A stretch of DNA of 64,000 nucleotides from Dictyostelium discoideum (GCA_000004695.1 CM000151.3:6560001-6624000), one strand, 5' to 3'; shown: positions 22,943 to 37,048, numbered from the stretch's first letter. Notes: generated by a model not told the origin, from the sequence alone. Translations and numbers: made by a program.

Positions 22943-25727
22943 TTATTCTTTCCAAAATTTAATACCAATCTTTTTTAGAATATCTTTTTTTGCGCCATTA
23001 TTTGATGGTTGATTTGGAGGTGAAAATTGTTGAGATGTTATTGAATTTGGTGATTGTGGTGATTGAGGTGATTGTGGTGATTGTGGTGATTGTGGTGATT
23101 GAGGTGATTGTTGATCACTACTACCATTATAGGAATTATTTGAACCAGAAGATGAACTAGATAAATCTTGAGATGATACTGTTCTGAGTGGTTGAGATGA
23201 ATTTACATTTTCATGAACACTAACAGGTCTAGATCTACTACTTCCGATTTGAACTGAAGGTTGTGTTGTTCCAGTATCAGCAGCAGTATAATGGAAATCA
23301 CTAATTGAATGTTGTGGTGATAATACAGGAGATTTTATATCTTGACCACCATTGGCTTGTTGATAATTACCAATACCACCAACACTATAACGCTTATTTA
23401 TTGGACTATTATTACCACTTGGTGAACCACTACCACCACTATTATTATTATTTGAATTATTATTATTATTATTTGGATTATGAATACAAACAAAATCAAA
23501 AGACATACCAAGTTTTTGACATTTTTCTTTTGCTTCTTTTAATGCAGATAAATTATTTTGATCATCAGATTCACGATAACCTAAAGCAAACATTAAAGTT
23601 TTAACCAAAAGTAATCTTGGTTGACCAATTGGGAAAGTTTCAGCAAATCTTTCCAAAATGGTTATGGAATCATTAATTTCGGTGACTAATCTTGATTTGG
23701 GGACAGTGACAGCAGTAGCAGAGATATGTTGATGATTTTGTAAGATTTTAATGAGTACCAAAGGTAAACCAGTGTAAGCTTCATACATTGAAAAGTTATT
23801 GGCATCACATTTACTAATGATAATTGAAACACGTCTACAACAATCATAAGCCAATTGCCAATCTTTTTCATTGATTGCAATTTGAGCTTTTAGAATGGTA
23901 TAGTTTGCATGAGCAGAATTCGATAGCTCTTTAATTGACAATAGGTCAACCAAACGTTCAATATCTTGTAGAATGGTATGACAACGTTGGAATTGTCTCT
24001 CGTAAAATAATGCACAACCTTCCACTGTTAGAGCCAATATTTGATTATGATTATCACCACGATTTCTTGCACTCTCCAAAGCTTTAGTGGTTTGTTGATA
24101 GATTAATGATAACTTTCCACCATTGCTACCCAATAAAAGGTAACAAACCGATAAGAATATATTGGATTCTTCCATCAACTTTTTATCACCCGTTTTATGT
24201 GATGCCTCGATCGATTTCTTATAACCACTTTCTGCCTCTTCCCATCTACCTAAACCAGACATATAAATACCCCAACTTTGATGACTATTACCATAAACAA
24301 ATCCATTTGTTTGATCCATTTTAGATAATACTTCTGCATAATATTTTAAAGGTGTTGATGAATCACCATTATTACCTAAAACACGTATACCAATTGAATA
24401 TGCTTCAGCTTGTAAATTCCAATCTGTTAATGATGTTTGTACTGTTGTTGTCGTTGTTGTTGTTGAACTTGATGATAGTTCATTATTATTTGAACTATTA
24501 TTATTATTATTATTATTATTATTGTTATTATTATTATTATTATTATTACTATTATTATTACCTAAACTATTAAATAATCTATTTTTAATACTACTATGAC
24601 TATTATCAAATGAAAGTTGTAATGAAACATAAGAACACCAAGAATCTAAAGTTTTTGAACAATCATGTAATGAAATTTTACTTTGAACGAATAAACATAA
24701 AATTGCTTCTCTCTTTTCTAACATATCTAAATTACAAGAAAAGAATTTTGTAGCTGAATCTTGTCTTACAGCTGCTTTTGCCAAAGTTCTTAATTTTGGT
24801 TTACTTGCACCACTTGAATAATCTTTTGGTGTTGGTGGTTCAAGACCTAAATATTTCAATGCATTCAATAAATGATAAGATGCTTGTCTAAATCTACCAA
24901 CATTAAATAATGCTAAACCTAATTTTCTAGTTATTGATATAATTTCAATTGGTACTTTTTTAAATCCTAAACTAACTAAATCTGCTAATGTTGGTGGATT
25001 TAATATTGTATTATTATTGTTATTGTTATTGTTATTATTATTATTATTTTTATCCTTTTCTTTATCTTTTTCTTTCTCTTTCTCTTTCTCTTTTTCTTTT
25101 TCTTTTTCTTTATCCTTATCTTTTTCTTTTTCTTTATCTTTATCTTTTATATCTTCACCTAAATTACTAAGTGAATTATTATTACTATTATTATTACTAT
25201 TATTATTACTATTATTATTATTTGAATTACTATTTACTAAATTTGAATTATTTGAATCCATTAAATCTTGAAATGAAATATTATTTGGATTATTTGAATT
25301 TGAAGAGATACTAACAGCATCTTTTAAATTTTGAGAGGAAGAACGACGATGTAATTTTTTATGAATTTTAACTTCTTCCTCTGCAATGAATTCTTGTTCC
25401 ATACATTTTAGAGCAAGTTGAAAGAATTTAATTGCCTCTTTATTATTATTTTCAGCTTGGGCCAAAACACCAGCTTTCGTTGCGTATTCAATGGTTTTTG
25501 AATTATTTTGAGCTGAATGATAATGATGAACCAATGAAATGAATAAAGAATGTTGTGGTGTACAAGTATCCTCTAAAACTTTAGCAATCTTTTGATGAAG
25601 CTCCCTTCTTTGTGAGAATAACATTAAATCGTAAATTACTTCTTGTGTACGAGTATGATGAAATGAGTATAATAAATTATTATTAATAATTGAAGTTGGA
25701 GTTGATGGTTGTTCATTAGCATTATTA

Positions 25728-25759
<32 letters not shown>

Positions 25760-28398
25760 GTTATTGTTATTATTAATATTTGGTTGTGATGCTAATAATA
25801 AAACATTATTAGTTTTATATGAACTATGATCAGCTTGATTATTTAATAATTGTTTTTGAAGTTGTTGTTGTTGTTGTAATTGTTGAAGTAATTGTTGTTG
25901 AGTATTAATAGTTGTTGATTTAATGAAATCCAATCTTTCCAATACAGCTAAATCTTTTGCTAAATCTTGTTTACTAATTGCATCCAATGGTAGAATACGA
26001 TGAAGTGAATCAACAGTAAAAGGCATACCAATTACAGAGGCAATTTTCAACTCCAATTGTTGAATGGGTGATAATCTATCGACTCTACTAGTGATCAATG
26101 ATGTTACAGTACGTGGTAATGATAGTCTAACATGGTCAATTGCCTCTTTAGGATTAATGAATCTTGAAGATGCTTCATCGATTAGTCCATTTGAAATTAG
26201 ACCATTCACCATCTCCTCAATTACAAAATGATTACCTTGTGAACGATTATAGATCTCTTCAATGATTTCATCTGGTATACCACTTTCATCACTTGGAAAA
26301 TCTAACATTCTCTCTACCAATAGTGTGGTTTCAACCTTACCATTCAATGGTTCCAATTGAATTTTCGTTACCAACTCTGTTGGTAATTGACTGAATCCAT
26401 AGGGTATACCATCTTTTGAGGGACGTAATGAAATGATTATTAAACAATTTGCTAAATTTTTAACAGCATTCAATGTTAATGTCCAACTTGCACTGTCCAT
26501 AAATTGTGCATCATCAATTACAATAATACTACCAGTTGGTATTGCTTTTGTTAAAATTTTCATCATTGTCAATTGTAATGATTCTGCTCTTTGTTGTGCT
26601 GAATATCTACGATTCTCTTTTAATTCTTCTGATGTTAATTTAATAACTGATGTTTGTAATTGATTTTGTTCAACTATTGGTAATTTTTCATTATTTTCAT
26701 TGCCATTATTATTATTATTATTGATTATATTTATATCTAAAACTTGATTTAATAATTGAATTTGAGTAAAATTAAAATCAGAAAATGATTGATAACCATT
26801 AATTGATTCATCTTTTAAAAATTGTAATAAAATTTGTTTCCAAATATAAAATGAGATTGATTCAGACATTTGAATACCACTTGCTTTAAACATTTTTAAA
26901 TCCATACAAAATGAATATTTAATTTCAGAGATTAATCTAGATTTACCTAAACCAGCTTCAGCTTCAATGATTGCGACATGAGTTGGACCAGAATTACTTG
27001 TGATTTGATCGATTATATTTGCCATTTGACGTAATTGAGTGTGTCTTCCAATGATACCTTTATTCTTTATCATATGACGTGGTGATGAATTTTTCATTGA
27101 TTGTAATTTTTTAATTGGTTTATAAACATTGATTGGGGCAACTTTACCCTTGACTTTGATTGGATTTGCCAATTTAACAAATTCAATCATTTTTGCAGTT
27201 TTCGAGGTTTCTTCATCACAAAGTACACCACCTTGTGAATGTGACATTAAACGTGCTGCCAAGTTTACAATATCACCAACCACGGCATATTCCCTACGTT
27301 CATCACTACCAACATCACCACAAAAACATTTACCAGTGGTGATACCAACCGATGAAATCACTGCCAATTTGAAAACATTTACCACAATCTCCATTGCAGC
27401 TTCAACTGCACGTGATGGATCGTCCTCATGTGAATAAGGTGGTACACCCCATGCTGCTATCAGGACACAACCCTTATCATCCACTATAAATTGACGAACT
27501 GTACCTTCATGTTTATAAACTATCGCTTGACTTTCAAATACAATATTTTGAAGTTTATCTAAATCTGTGTCTGGATTTGGAGTACCATAGGATAAATTCA
27601 TAAATAACACAGTGATATAACGTAACTCTGCCAAATAATCATTTTTGAATTGATTGTGAACTGCATTTGGTACGAATCTTTTCAAAGAATCCTCCATATC
27701 CATTAGTAGTGGTAACTCTTGTAAGAATTTATGATTGATTTGAGAGCCAACCATGGTTGAGAGGAAATCGAAATCATTGATTAAATCTTTCTCCAAAAGG
27801 GTTGTTATCGATTCCAATTTGTAGTTATGTTTTTGTTTCTTTTGTGAAAAGGTTGCATATGGTTTCATCTTTTCTTGAGTGGCTGGTGATACATAGATCT
27901 CCCCAGACTCTGCCTCCTTTTCACATAGAGTAGCTTGAATTAATGCTTCACCACAAATTAAAAACTCTACTTTCTCTTTACAACCACCAACGTAAACCCC
28001 ACTAATATCACCACATCCAATACCAATATGCAATGTTAAGAATCCACCTGGCACTGGGAAATTATGTAACTTCTTTTGTAATGCCAATGAACATTCACAT
28101 GCAATTCTAACCCTATTTATCAACTCTCCATTGGTTGGCCAATGTGCTAATACTGCATCACCTGCAAACTTTACAATATCACCTCCAAATCCTTTCACTA
28201 TCTTTATCAGTATTGTAAAATATGAATTTAAATTCTTTGTTAATAATTCAACACCTTCTTTACCATGATTACCTAATCTTTCTGTTAGTGATGTAAATCC
28301 TGAAATATCTGCAAATAATACACATGATGAATATCTATTTTTTAAAAAAAAAAAAAAAAAAAAAAAAGTTAAAATTTTTGTTTTCTCTTATTATTAAC

Positions 28399-28497
<99 letters not shown>

Positions 28498-29163
28498 TAC
28501 TTTTCTAAATGTGGTGGTACAATTGGAGTTGCAGAAGCTAATAAACCTTTAATAACTAAATTTGAAACATAACTACCTAAAGAAGTGATTTGATGTCTTT
28601 GTTTTTCATCTAATGGTACTTGATCTTGACGTTCTCTATGAGTTGAACCTTCTAACCAAAATTGATTAAAACTATTTCTTTGTTGGTGTTCATCATTTTG
28701 TTTCATTGAACGTAAATGTTTTGAAAATATTGACAAACCAATTTTATTTTGTTTTGATAAATCTTTTGGTTTTAATAATTGTTTTTTTGATAATACATCT
28801 TCTGATGCTCCTAAAATTTGATTTAATTTCTTATTATTACTATTATTAATACTTGTACCTAAATTACCGCTATTATTATTTGTTGATGTTGATGTTGTTG
28901 TTGTTGAATCATTTAATTTTGATATATTTAATTCTGGTACTTTAAATCCATATGTTACAGTTTGTTGATCATTATTTGATACCACCACCGACATTGGTGA
29001 TGTATTTCCATTATTATTATTATTTACATTATTATATCTATCCATTTCCTCGTTATTATCAATTGTATTTAAAAGGTCATAAATTAAATTTTGATTTTGT
29101 ACAGTGTCGGTTGTGTTTGTTATTGCTGTTGTTGTTGTGGTGGTGGTGGTGGTTGTGGTTGTT

Positions 29164-29219
<56 letters not shown>

Positions 29220-30455
29220 TGGTGATGAAATTGGTATAAGATCACTAATTCTTTCAAGTGAAGTTGATGGTGATATCTTTGAGTGTGATGATGATGATGG
29301 TGAAGTTACAGGTGATGATACAGGTGATATAATTGGAGAGGATATAGGTGATAATATAGGTGTCGTTGGACGACTTTTACTACTACTACTACTATTGCTA
29401 TTGTTATTATTTATACTATCTAATTTATCTGATTTATCTTTTACTTTTGAATTTAATTTAAATATTGATTTTATTGGACTTGAAGATGTTTTATCATGAT
29501 TTTTTGACTCTAATGATTTTGGATGATGTGGTGGTTTGGATTTAGTTGTTTTACTATTACTTAAACTATTAATATTTAAACCTGTCGTTGAAGTTGGATT
29601 TGAAGTCGTTGGATTTTCGATTACTATTTTTGAATTAAATTAATTTTAAAATAATTAAATTTTAAAAAAAAAAATTAAAAAAAAAAAAAAAAAAGAAGAA
29701 ATAAAAATAAATAAAAATAAAATTAATTGATATTAATATTAAATTTTAATATTGTAATTTAAAATTTTATATTGATTGGATTGGATTGGATTTGATTTGG
29801 AACTGAATAAAAAAAATAAAAAAAAAAAATAAAAAAAAAAAACAAAATAAAATAAAAAAAAAAATAAAATAAAAAAAAAAAAAATGGCGAGTTTATTTGA
29901 ATGTCTATTTTTGATTATAATATGGATGTTGTTGGGTTTGTTTTGTTTTTTTTTTTTTTTTTATAAAAATTTAATTTTGATTTTTTGATTTTGATTTTTT
30001 TTTTTTTTTTTTGTAGTTTTTTTTTTTTTTAATGTATTTAAATAAAATTATTACTTTAAAAAAAAAAATTGTAGGTGTTGGTATTTTTGGTTTGTTTGTG
30101 GTGATGTTGTATTTTGTTTGGTTATAAAATAATAATTTAAAATTATAATAAATAATTATAATAATAATAAATAATAATAATTATAAAATAAAAATAAATG
30201 ATTATTTGTGTAATAATTTTTTTTTAAGTAGGTTACCTATATTATATGTATTTTTGATTATAAATTATTTTTTTTGATTTTTGATGTGATTTTGGGGTAG
30301 AGGTGGTTTTTTTTTTTTTATAAAAAAAATAAAATAAAATTGAAAAAAAAAAAAAAAATTTTGAAAATGAGATTTGATGTGTGAATCAAAAAAAAAAAAA
30401 AAAACTTTTTGGTGTGTAAAAATATCTTTTACAAGATTATATGAAAAAAAAAAAA

Positions 30456-30486
<31 letters not shown>

Positions 30487-31371
30487 TTGGGGGGGCATTA
30501 ATGTATAATGATTATAGTAATTTGATAGTTATTGTAATGAAGTGCAACAAAAAATATTTTTTTTTTAATTAAAAAAAAAAAAATAATAATAATAAAAATA
30601 ATAATAAAAATAATAATAAAAATAATAATAAAAATAATAAAAATAATAATAAAAATAATAAAAGCTTTTGCTGGGGGAGGTTGGGAGTGGTGTGGGGGTA
30701 GTGTATGAATAACAATAAATAAACAACAAAAGAAAAATAAAAAAAAAAATAATGAAAAAAAAAAAAAAAAAAAAAAAAAAATAATGAAGTGATACATACC
30801 AATAGTTGGTTGTGAGAAAGTGAATTTTTGGAACATCTCCAATACAATTTCCAATGGTTCAATTAAATCCTAATAAAATAAGAATAAAAATAATTTTTCA
30901 ATTAGAAAAAAAAAAAAAAAGGGGTTGACAGTTAGTATGATTTTTTTTTTTTTTTTTTTTGTGTTTTTTTTATATTATTATCATAAAAATTATTATAAAA
31001 TTTTAAATTTTAAAACTATAGTTTACATTTGAGTTTATAGTGGATAAATTAAATAGATGATCAATGAGAGATTCATCAGTGATTTTAATTTTTAAGTGAT
31101 TACAAATATCCAATAATTTTGATAATAAACTTGGAATTATAACATTCTTTGCTTGCTCTATATATAAAGTTCCAATTTTTGGTGTTGATGATGATGATGA
31201 TGGTGATGTTGGTGAAGATTGATTATTATTATTATTTGAAATTGGTGATAGTGGTGGTGATTGAGTAAGTGGAGTTGTTGATCCACTATTTGTTGGTGAC
31301 GCTGTTGTTTTATTTACTGATGAAGGATTACCACGTGGTGTTGATACTCCTCTTGGTGTTATTGGACCACC

Positions 31372-31404
<33 letters not shown>

Positions 31405-31724
31405 TTTTAATTTAATTTTTTGAATATTTTTAAGATGATACATTAAAGTCATTAAAGTATCACTCAATTGAAAGATTTGATCGAAAAGATCAGGTTTTAT
31501 TACAGAGGTAGTGGAATTATTACTACTACTATTACTATTACTATTTACTGATACATTGCTACTATTAACATTTAAAGCTGATTTATGTTGTTTTTTACTA
31601 CTTTGTGTTGGTGAATTACTATTACTATTATTTACATTTGATGATACATTAGTTTTTGTCAAAGTGATAATATTATTACCTTTGGCACGTGATACAATTG
31701 GTGAATTCTCTGGTGATGATGATA

Positions 31725-31778
<54 letters not shown>

Positions 31779-32973
31779 GATTATTATTGCTATTATTATT
31801 AATAGTACCATTACTAGCACCATCAAAAAATGAATTAAAACTCATTGATAATCTTTTATTACTTGCTGCGCTACCTAAAATTGGTGGAATCAATGGTTTT
31901 TGTGGTTGTAATATTGGTGAAGTTAGGATTGGTGGTGTTGAAATTGATGATGATGGTGAACCAGATAAAATTGGTGATGATGGTATTGAATTGTTATTAC
32001 TATTATTGCTATTTGAATTTGAATTTGAGTTTGAAATATCATCTGTTTTGATATCTCTAATTTGTCTTATTACAGGTGTTGTTACAATACTACTGCTACT
32101 ACAACTTTTAGTTGGTGGCTGTGGTAATTTTGGTATTTTCCAAGAGGTTTTCGATACGAAAATCGTTAGGAATTTCCATGATTGTAAGATATTGGTACGA
32201 TGTAGGAAATATTCATTTTGTAGTGGTAATAGGTCTTTACCAAGTTGATGTTGTTTGTTATATTCTTTGACTGTCATAATTATACTATTAACACTTGATA
32301 CTGTGGATCTAATTAATTTACTCTTCTCTTCATGACTTAGTTCCTCTGGATCTATAATACCAAAACATTCTTCTTTTACCATTTTTTCAATAGATTTACT
32401 ATCTAATAGAAACAATGATTGTGATAATTGATTATTATTGTTGTTGTTGTTGTTGTTATTCATTTGATGTGATTTTAAATTTGGTGATGATGATGGAGAA
32501 TAAGATGATAATAAACCTGCACTTCTTCGATTGGTTTGTGGTGATGATTGATTTGGTGAAGAGGATGTTGATGATGATAATGAACTATTATTATTACTAT
32601 TATTATTGTTATTAGTATTTATAATTGGTGTTGATTGAAGTATTTGAATTTGTTGTCTCAAAACCGCTATATTTGGTGAAATTGATGTTGATAATTCTGA
32701 ACATTTTGATGTCATTCTCCTTGAAAACATAACAATCTCTAATTCACTAACAAACTCTGATGCTAAAATCAATTCCTCAATCCTTGCTATATCATATACA
32801 ATCGATCTACCATATTCGATGGTTTTACGTTCAAACTCGTCCAACTGATTGACATTAAAAGAATTAATAAAAGGAACATTATTATTATTATTATTATTAT
32901 TATTGTTATTATTTATATTATTATTATTATTTAATGACAATGATAAAAGAGATGGGCTTGATACATTTTCCAT
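22943..32973 (-). CDS. sgcA: Soluble guanylyl cyclase (a homolog of soluble adenylyl cyclase) of 2843 aa in 4 exons: join(31027..32973, 30800..30869, 28501..29623, 22943..28334).
   Basis: Exon 4 encodes two class III nucleotidyl cyclase domains (YSSCVLFADISGFTSLTERLGNHGKEGVELL...FGGDIVKFAGDAVLAHW and LHIGIGCGDISGVYVGG...ITTGKCFCGDVGSDERREYAVVGDIVNLAARL). A P-loop NTPase (AIIEAEAGLGKSRLISE) and a long TPR-like Asn/Ser-rich C-terminal region follow. Exons 1 to 3 encode a low-complexity region of about 1045 aa. The splice junctions are AAT|gtaaac with tattag (phase 0), ATTG|gtatgt with aaaatag (phase 1), and GAAAA|gtaatt with aaaatag (phase 2). The exon nucleotides sum to 8532, which is 2843 codons plus the stop, matching the size I recall for Dictyostelium sGC. 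The architecture is that of the sAC/sGC family. Confidence 0.85.
28398..28497. repeat. (AAT)33 microsatellite inside sgcA intron 3.
   Basis: A pure aataat... run is flanked by the GAAAA|gtaatt donor and the aaaaatag acceptor. The plus-strand poly-N ORF at 28324..28572 is an artefact of this repeat. Confidence 0.8.
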
Positions 32974-33107
32974 TTAAAATATATATGTTTATATTAAATG
33001 GAAAAATTTATTTAAAAAATAAGATTACAAAAAAAAAAAAAAAATAAATAAAAAAAAATAAAAATAAAAAATAAAAAAATTTGAGGTAGTTTGTGAGATA
33101 GAAAAAA

Positions 33108-33135
33108 TGGCTGTGTGTGTGTGTGTATGTGTGTG
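33108..33135. repeat. (GT)n dinucleotide repeat in the sgcA upstream region. A C-rich box cacactctccccctc at 33201..33215 is nearby.
   Basis: gtgtgtgtgtgtgtatgtgtgtgtgtatg lies about 140 bp upstream of the sgcA ATG at 32973. On the coding (minus) strand this reads as a CA-rich element, which resembles C-rich (CAE-like) regulatory boxes. Confidence 0.5.
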
Positions 33136-33379
33136 TGTATGTTATTGATTAATTTGACTATAAACTTTTATTATTATTCTTATTATTATTATTATTAATG
33201 TCACACTCTCCCCCTCTTTTTTCTTTTAAAACAATTTAAAAAAAGAAAATGTATAGAATAAAAAAGAAAAAAAATATTTTAAAAAACTAAAAATAATTAT
33301 TTTTTTTGTTTTTTGATTTGTGTGATCAAAAAAAATATTTTACAAAAAAAATTTGAAAAATTTTCGCATAAGAGGTTGG

Positions 33380-33420
<41 letters not shown>

Positions 33421-33602
33421 AAAAGATAACCGTTCTTTTAAAAAAAAAAAAAAAAAAAATTAAAAACTCATTATTCATTGTTTTTTTTAATTCTACAATA
33501 TATTTTAAAATTAAATAAAAGTATATTTAAAAAATAAAAGAAAAAAATAAAAGAAAAAAAAAAAAGAAAAAAAAAAAGAAAAAAAAAAAGAAAAAAAAAA
33601 AG

Positions 33603-33633
<31 letters not shown>

Positions 33634-34214
33634 AAAAAATTGAATAAAATTTTATGTGGTAAAAGAGTAAACACATACATACGTAAAAAATAATATTTTT
33701 TTTTTTTACTTTTTTTTTTACTTTTTTTTTTTTTATTTATTTTTTTTTATTTTTTTTTTTTATTTATTTTTTTTTTTTTTTTTTTTTTATTTTTTTTTTT
33801 AAAATATATAATATTTAATTTTTTTTAATTAAAAAATGCTTTTTTTTTGATCTCTTTAGGACAAAAAAAGGAAAATGATTTTTTAATTTAATTTATCAAA
33901 GGACATAAATTTATTTTTTTAAATTTATTTCCTCCTCATATATAACCTAATAATTTTTTTATTTATTTTTTTATTTTTTTTTTTATAAATTAATTTCATT
34001 CCAATATTTTTTTTCCATTAAATAGTATTTTTTTATAAAAAAAAGAGAGATAAATAAATATAAAATATAATTTATAAATAATAAAATAAATAAATAAAAA
34101 AAAAAATAAAATAATAATAATAAAACTTTTAAAATTTAATTTTAAAAAAAAAAATATTTGCGCATATTAAAAAAAAAATATATATAAAATTATTAAACAA
34201 TAAAAAAAAAAAAA

Positions 34215-34402
34215 ATGGGAAAAAGCAAAGATCCAACACAAGGAGTATTAAGTGTTTTTGATTTTGTTCAATCAAGAAAATATTATGGACTTCAAATTCC
34301 AATTCCTTCTTTAATTGAAACTTTGGCTTCTTGGTGGACTTTCCAAAGATATCATACAGATAGATATGACCCAAATGGATATATACAAGGAAGGTAAATA
34401 TA

Positions 34403-34453
<51 letters not shown>

Positions 34454-36199
34454 AAATAATACTGAATATTAATATTTTTTATTATTAATTTTTTTAAAAG
34501 AAAAACTGGATTACATTTAAATTTTATACCAAAATATAAGATTCAAGTTAAAAGAGATGTTGATGGTGGTACAATTATTCAATTAGATTATTGGGCAAGA
34601 ATTAGAAAGACTGGTATTGTTGCTGCATTTGTAACTTATGGTGTAACTGCAGCAGTCGGTGCTGGTACATTATCGTATCATGTATTGGAGGCCAAATCAT
34701 TTTTACAAGCATTTTGGCAATGGTTCGATGGTAGTTACCAAGTTGTTAAAGTTGAAGTTTTATTAAATGAAGAGAGAACTGCACTTCAACAAGAAGATAG
34801 AGATGGCACCAACAATGTTTCAAAGACAACCACTACAACAAACAATTATTACAATACCTATACAAATGGTCAGCAACAACAAGGCTATGGTCAACAACAG
34901 CAACAAGGCTATCCACCATATAATTCAACTACAAATAATACAAAGAATACTACAATTAATAATGGTCCTCCACCACCAAGACCATCTCAACCACCGCCAC
35001 AAATTAAATCAGCAGGTGTTGTTTACCCTGTATCTACAATGAGTTCACCTGCAACCGTGGTTTATCCAACCCCACCACCTGTTATGTCACCACCAGTAGG
35101 CACACCACCAACTCCTTCTCAAATTCCGATACCACCACCAAATACAATTGCCGGTGCAGTTTATCATGGTAGAGGAAATGTAACTACAACATCGCCAAGC
35201 GGAGTTGTTGGTTATCAAACTACCATTACAAGTCATACAACCTCTTCTTATCCAGTTTCGACTTTGAATGGATTAGGATTTGGTAGTCATACTCAAGTTG
35301 GTCAAAATAGTGGTACTGGTTACTCTTTTAATTCTCAACAATTGGAACATCAACAACACTCTGGATCGTCACCAACCAATAATAGTGGTGGTTCAAGTAG
35401 ATATAGTAGTGAAAGCTATTCCTCATCCTCCTCACATCCAGGTCAATATGGACATTCACAATATGGATCTCAATCTCAATATGGAAATTCACAATATGGT
35501 TCACAATCACAATCACAATCACAATCACAATATGGCTCACAACCAGGATATGGTTCTCAATCACAATATGGTTCACAATCAGGATATGGTTCACAAACAG
35601 GATATGGTAATAATAATTTCTCTGGAGTTCAACAACAATCAAATAGTGGTATTAATGGATCAACAAATCAATATGGACAAAGTTCACAATATGGTCAAAA
35701 TGGTCAACAACAACAGTTTGTTCAATCTTTATTTGGTTCTACTCCTGTAACTCCATCTAGACCAGCTCCAACCCCCTCAACTGCTTCAATTGAACGTTCA
35801 AATAGTTTTGGTAGTGGTAGTAGTAATAATAATTCACCAAATGGAGGATACAATTCATCACTACCACCCTATCCATCAACTGCTACAACTGTATCACCAA
35901 CACCACCACCACCAACAAGTACACCACAAATGGCTACTACCAATTCCAACTCAAGTACTACTGGTAGCGGTGACTCGACACCATATGGAACCCATCCAAG
36001 TAATACTGGTAATGGTCCATATGCAACTGGTTCATACTTGGGTCATGAACAACCAAAGAAAGAACCAACCGATTATGCATCTTTAAGACATGGTGGTTTA
36101 GGATATGGTTATACCTATGATCATCTTAAAGAAGAACTAAAAAAGAAGAGTGAAAATTTAAATAAGACACAAACAAATCAAGGTCATGCTACAAATTAA
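34215..36199 (+). CDS. Hypothetical protein of about 625 aa in 2 exons: join(34215..34393, 34501..36199). It has a conserved-looking N-terminal domain and a long Pro-rich and Q/S/Y/G-rich prion-like C-terminal region.
   Basis: Exon 1 encodes MGKSKDPTQGVLSVFDFVQSRKYYGLQIPIPSLIETLASWWTFQRYHTDRYDPNGYIQG. The junction is AG|gtaaat and aaaag|A, phase 2. Exon 2 encodes RKTGLHLNFIPKYKIQVKRDVDGGTIIQLDYWARIRKTGIVAAFVTYGVTAAVGAGTLSYHVLEAKSFLQAFWQWFDGSYQVVKVEVLLNEE... It then has PPPRPSQPPPQ...PTPPPVMSPPVGTPPTP stretches and tandem SQYG/SQSQYG repeats, an FUS-like [S/G]Y[S/G] low-complexity domain. I recognise no domain. Confidence 0.6.
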
Positions 36200-36991
36200 A
36201 ATAAATAAAAAGTATTATTAATTGTATCACTTTTTTTAATTTTTAAATCAAAAAAAAAAATAATTGAATTAAATCTGTAATATTATTATTTTTTTTTTTT
36301 TTAATTTTTTATTTTTTTAAAAAATTCTGCAATTAAAGTTGAAAAAAAAATACCAATAAAATCAATTTTTTTTTTGTTTTTTCTTTTTTTTTGAATATAT
36401 TTTTTATTTAAAATATATTTCCTAATCATTGTCTTCCAAAATAAAAAAAAATTACAAAAAAATGAATGATAAATAATCAATTCTAAAATAAAAAACAATT
36501 ACAAAAAATAAATAATTAAAAAAAAATAAAAGTAAATTTTGAATATTGTGCAAATTTGACTGGATTATGCTAAATACACAATAAAAAAAAAAAAATTGTT
36601 CAAAAAAAAAAGTCAAAAAAAAAAAAATTCTTACAAGAAAAACTTAAAAAATAAAAATTAAAAAAAAAAAAAATTAAAATTAAAAAAAAAAAAAAGTGAT
36701 TGGTTAAAAAAATAAAATATCTTCGAAATCTAAAAAAACTAAATATCCTGGCTAGGGGTATGAATCAAATGAAAAAAACCAAAAAAAAAAAAATTAAAAA
36801 AAAAAAAAAAATTAATTTTAATGTGGCTAGTTGATTTAAATTTTTTTTCTAATATTTAACTGGTGAAAGGTTAAAAAAGGTCACCACACAAGGATTTAAA
36901 AAATTATTATAATTTTTTTTTTATTTTTTTATTTTTTTTATTTTTTTTTGATTTTGTGAAATTTTTTCAAATTGATTTCACTTTCCTTATT

Positions 36992-37048
<57 letters not shown>

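Noticed and set aside
23305-25271. Several plus-strand ORFs of 60 to 100 aa (poly-Tyr, poly-Leu, SFSFSF) inside the sgcA exon-4 span.
   Set aside because: They are antisense artefacts of the Asn/Lys/Glu coding repeats (ATT/TTT/CTT). The minus strand carries the continuous 1796-aa cyclase reading frame.
28324-28572. Plus-strand ORF encoding a poly-Asn of about 45 residues.
   Set aside because: It is simply the (AAT)33 microsatellite, which lies inside sgcA intron 3 and is flanked by a canonical donor and acceptor on the minus strand.
31511-32615. Plus-strand ORFs (poly-Leu, poly-Cys) opposite sgcA exon 1.
   Set aside because: They are antisense to the CAA/AAT repeats of the sgcA N-terminal low-complexity region.
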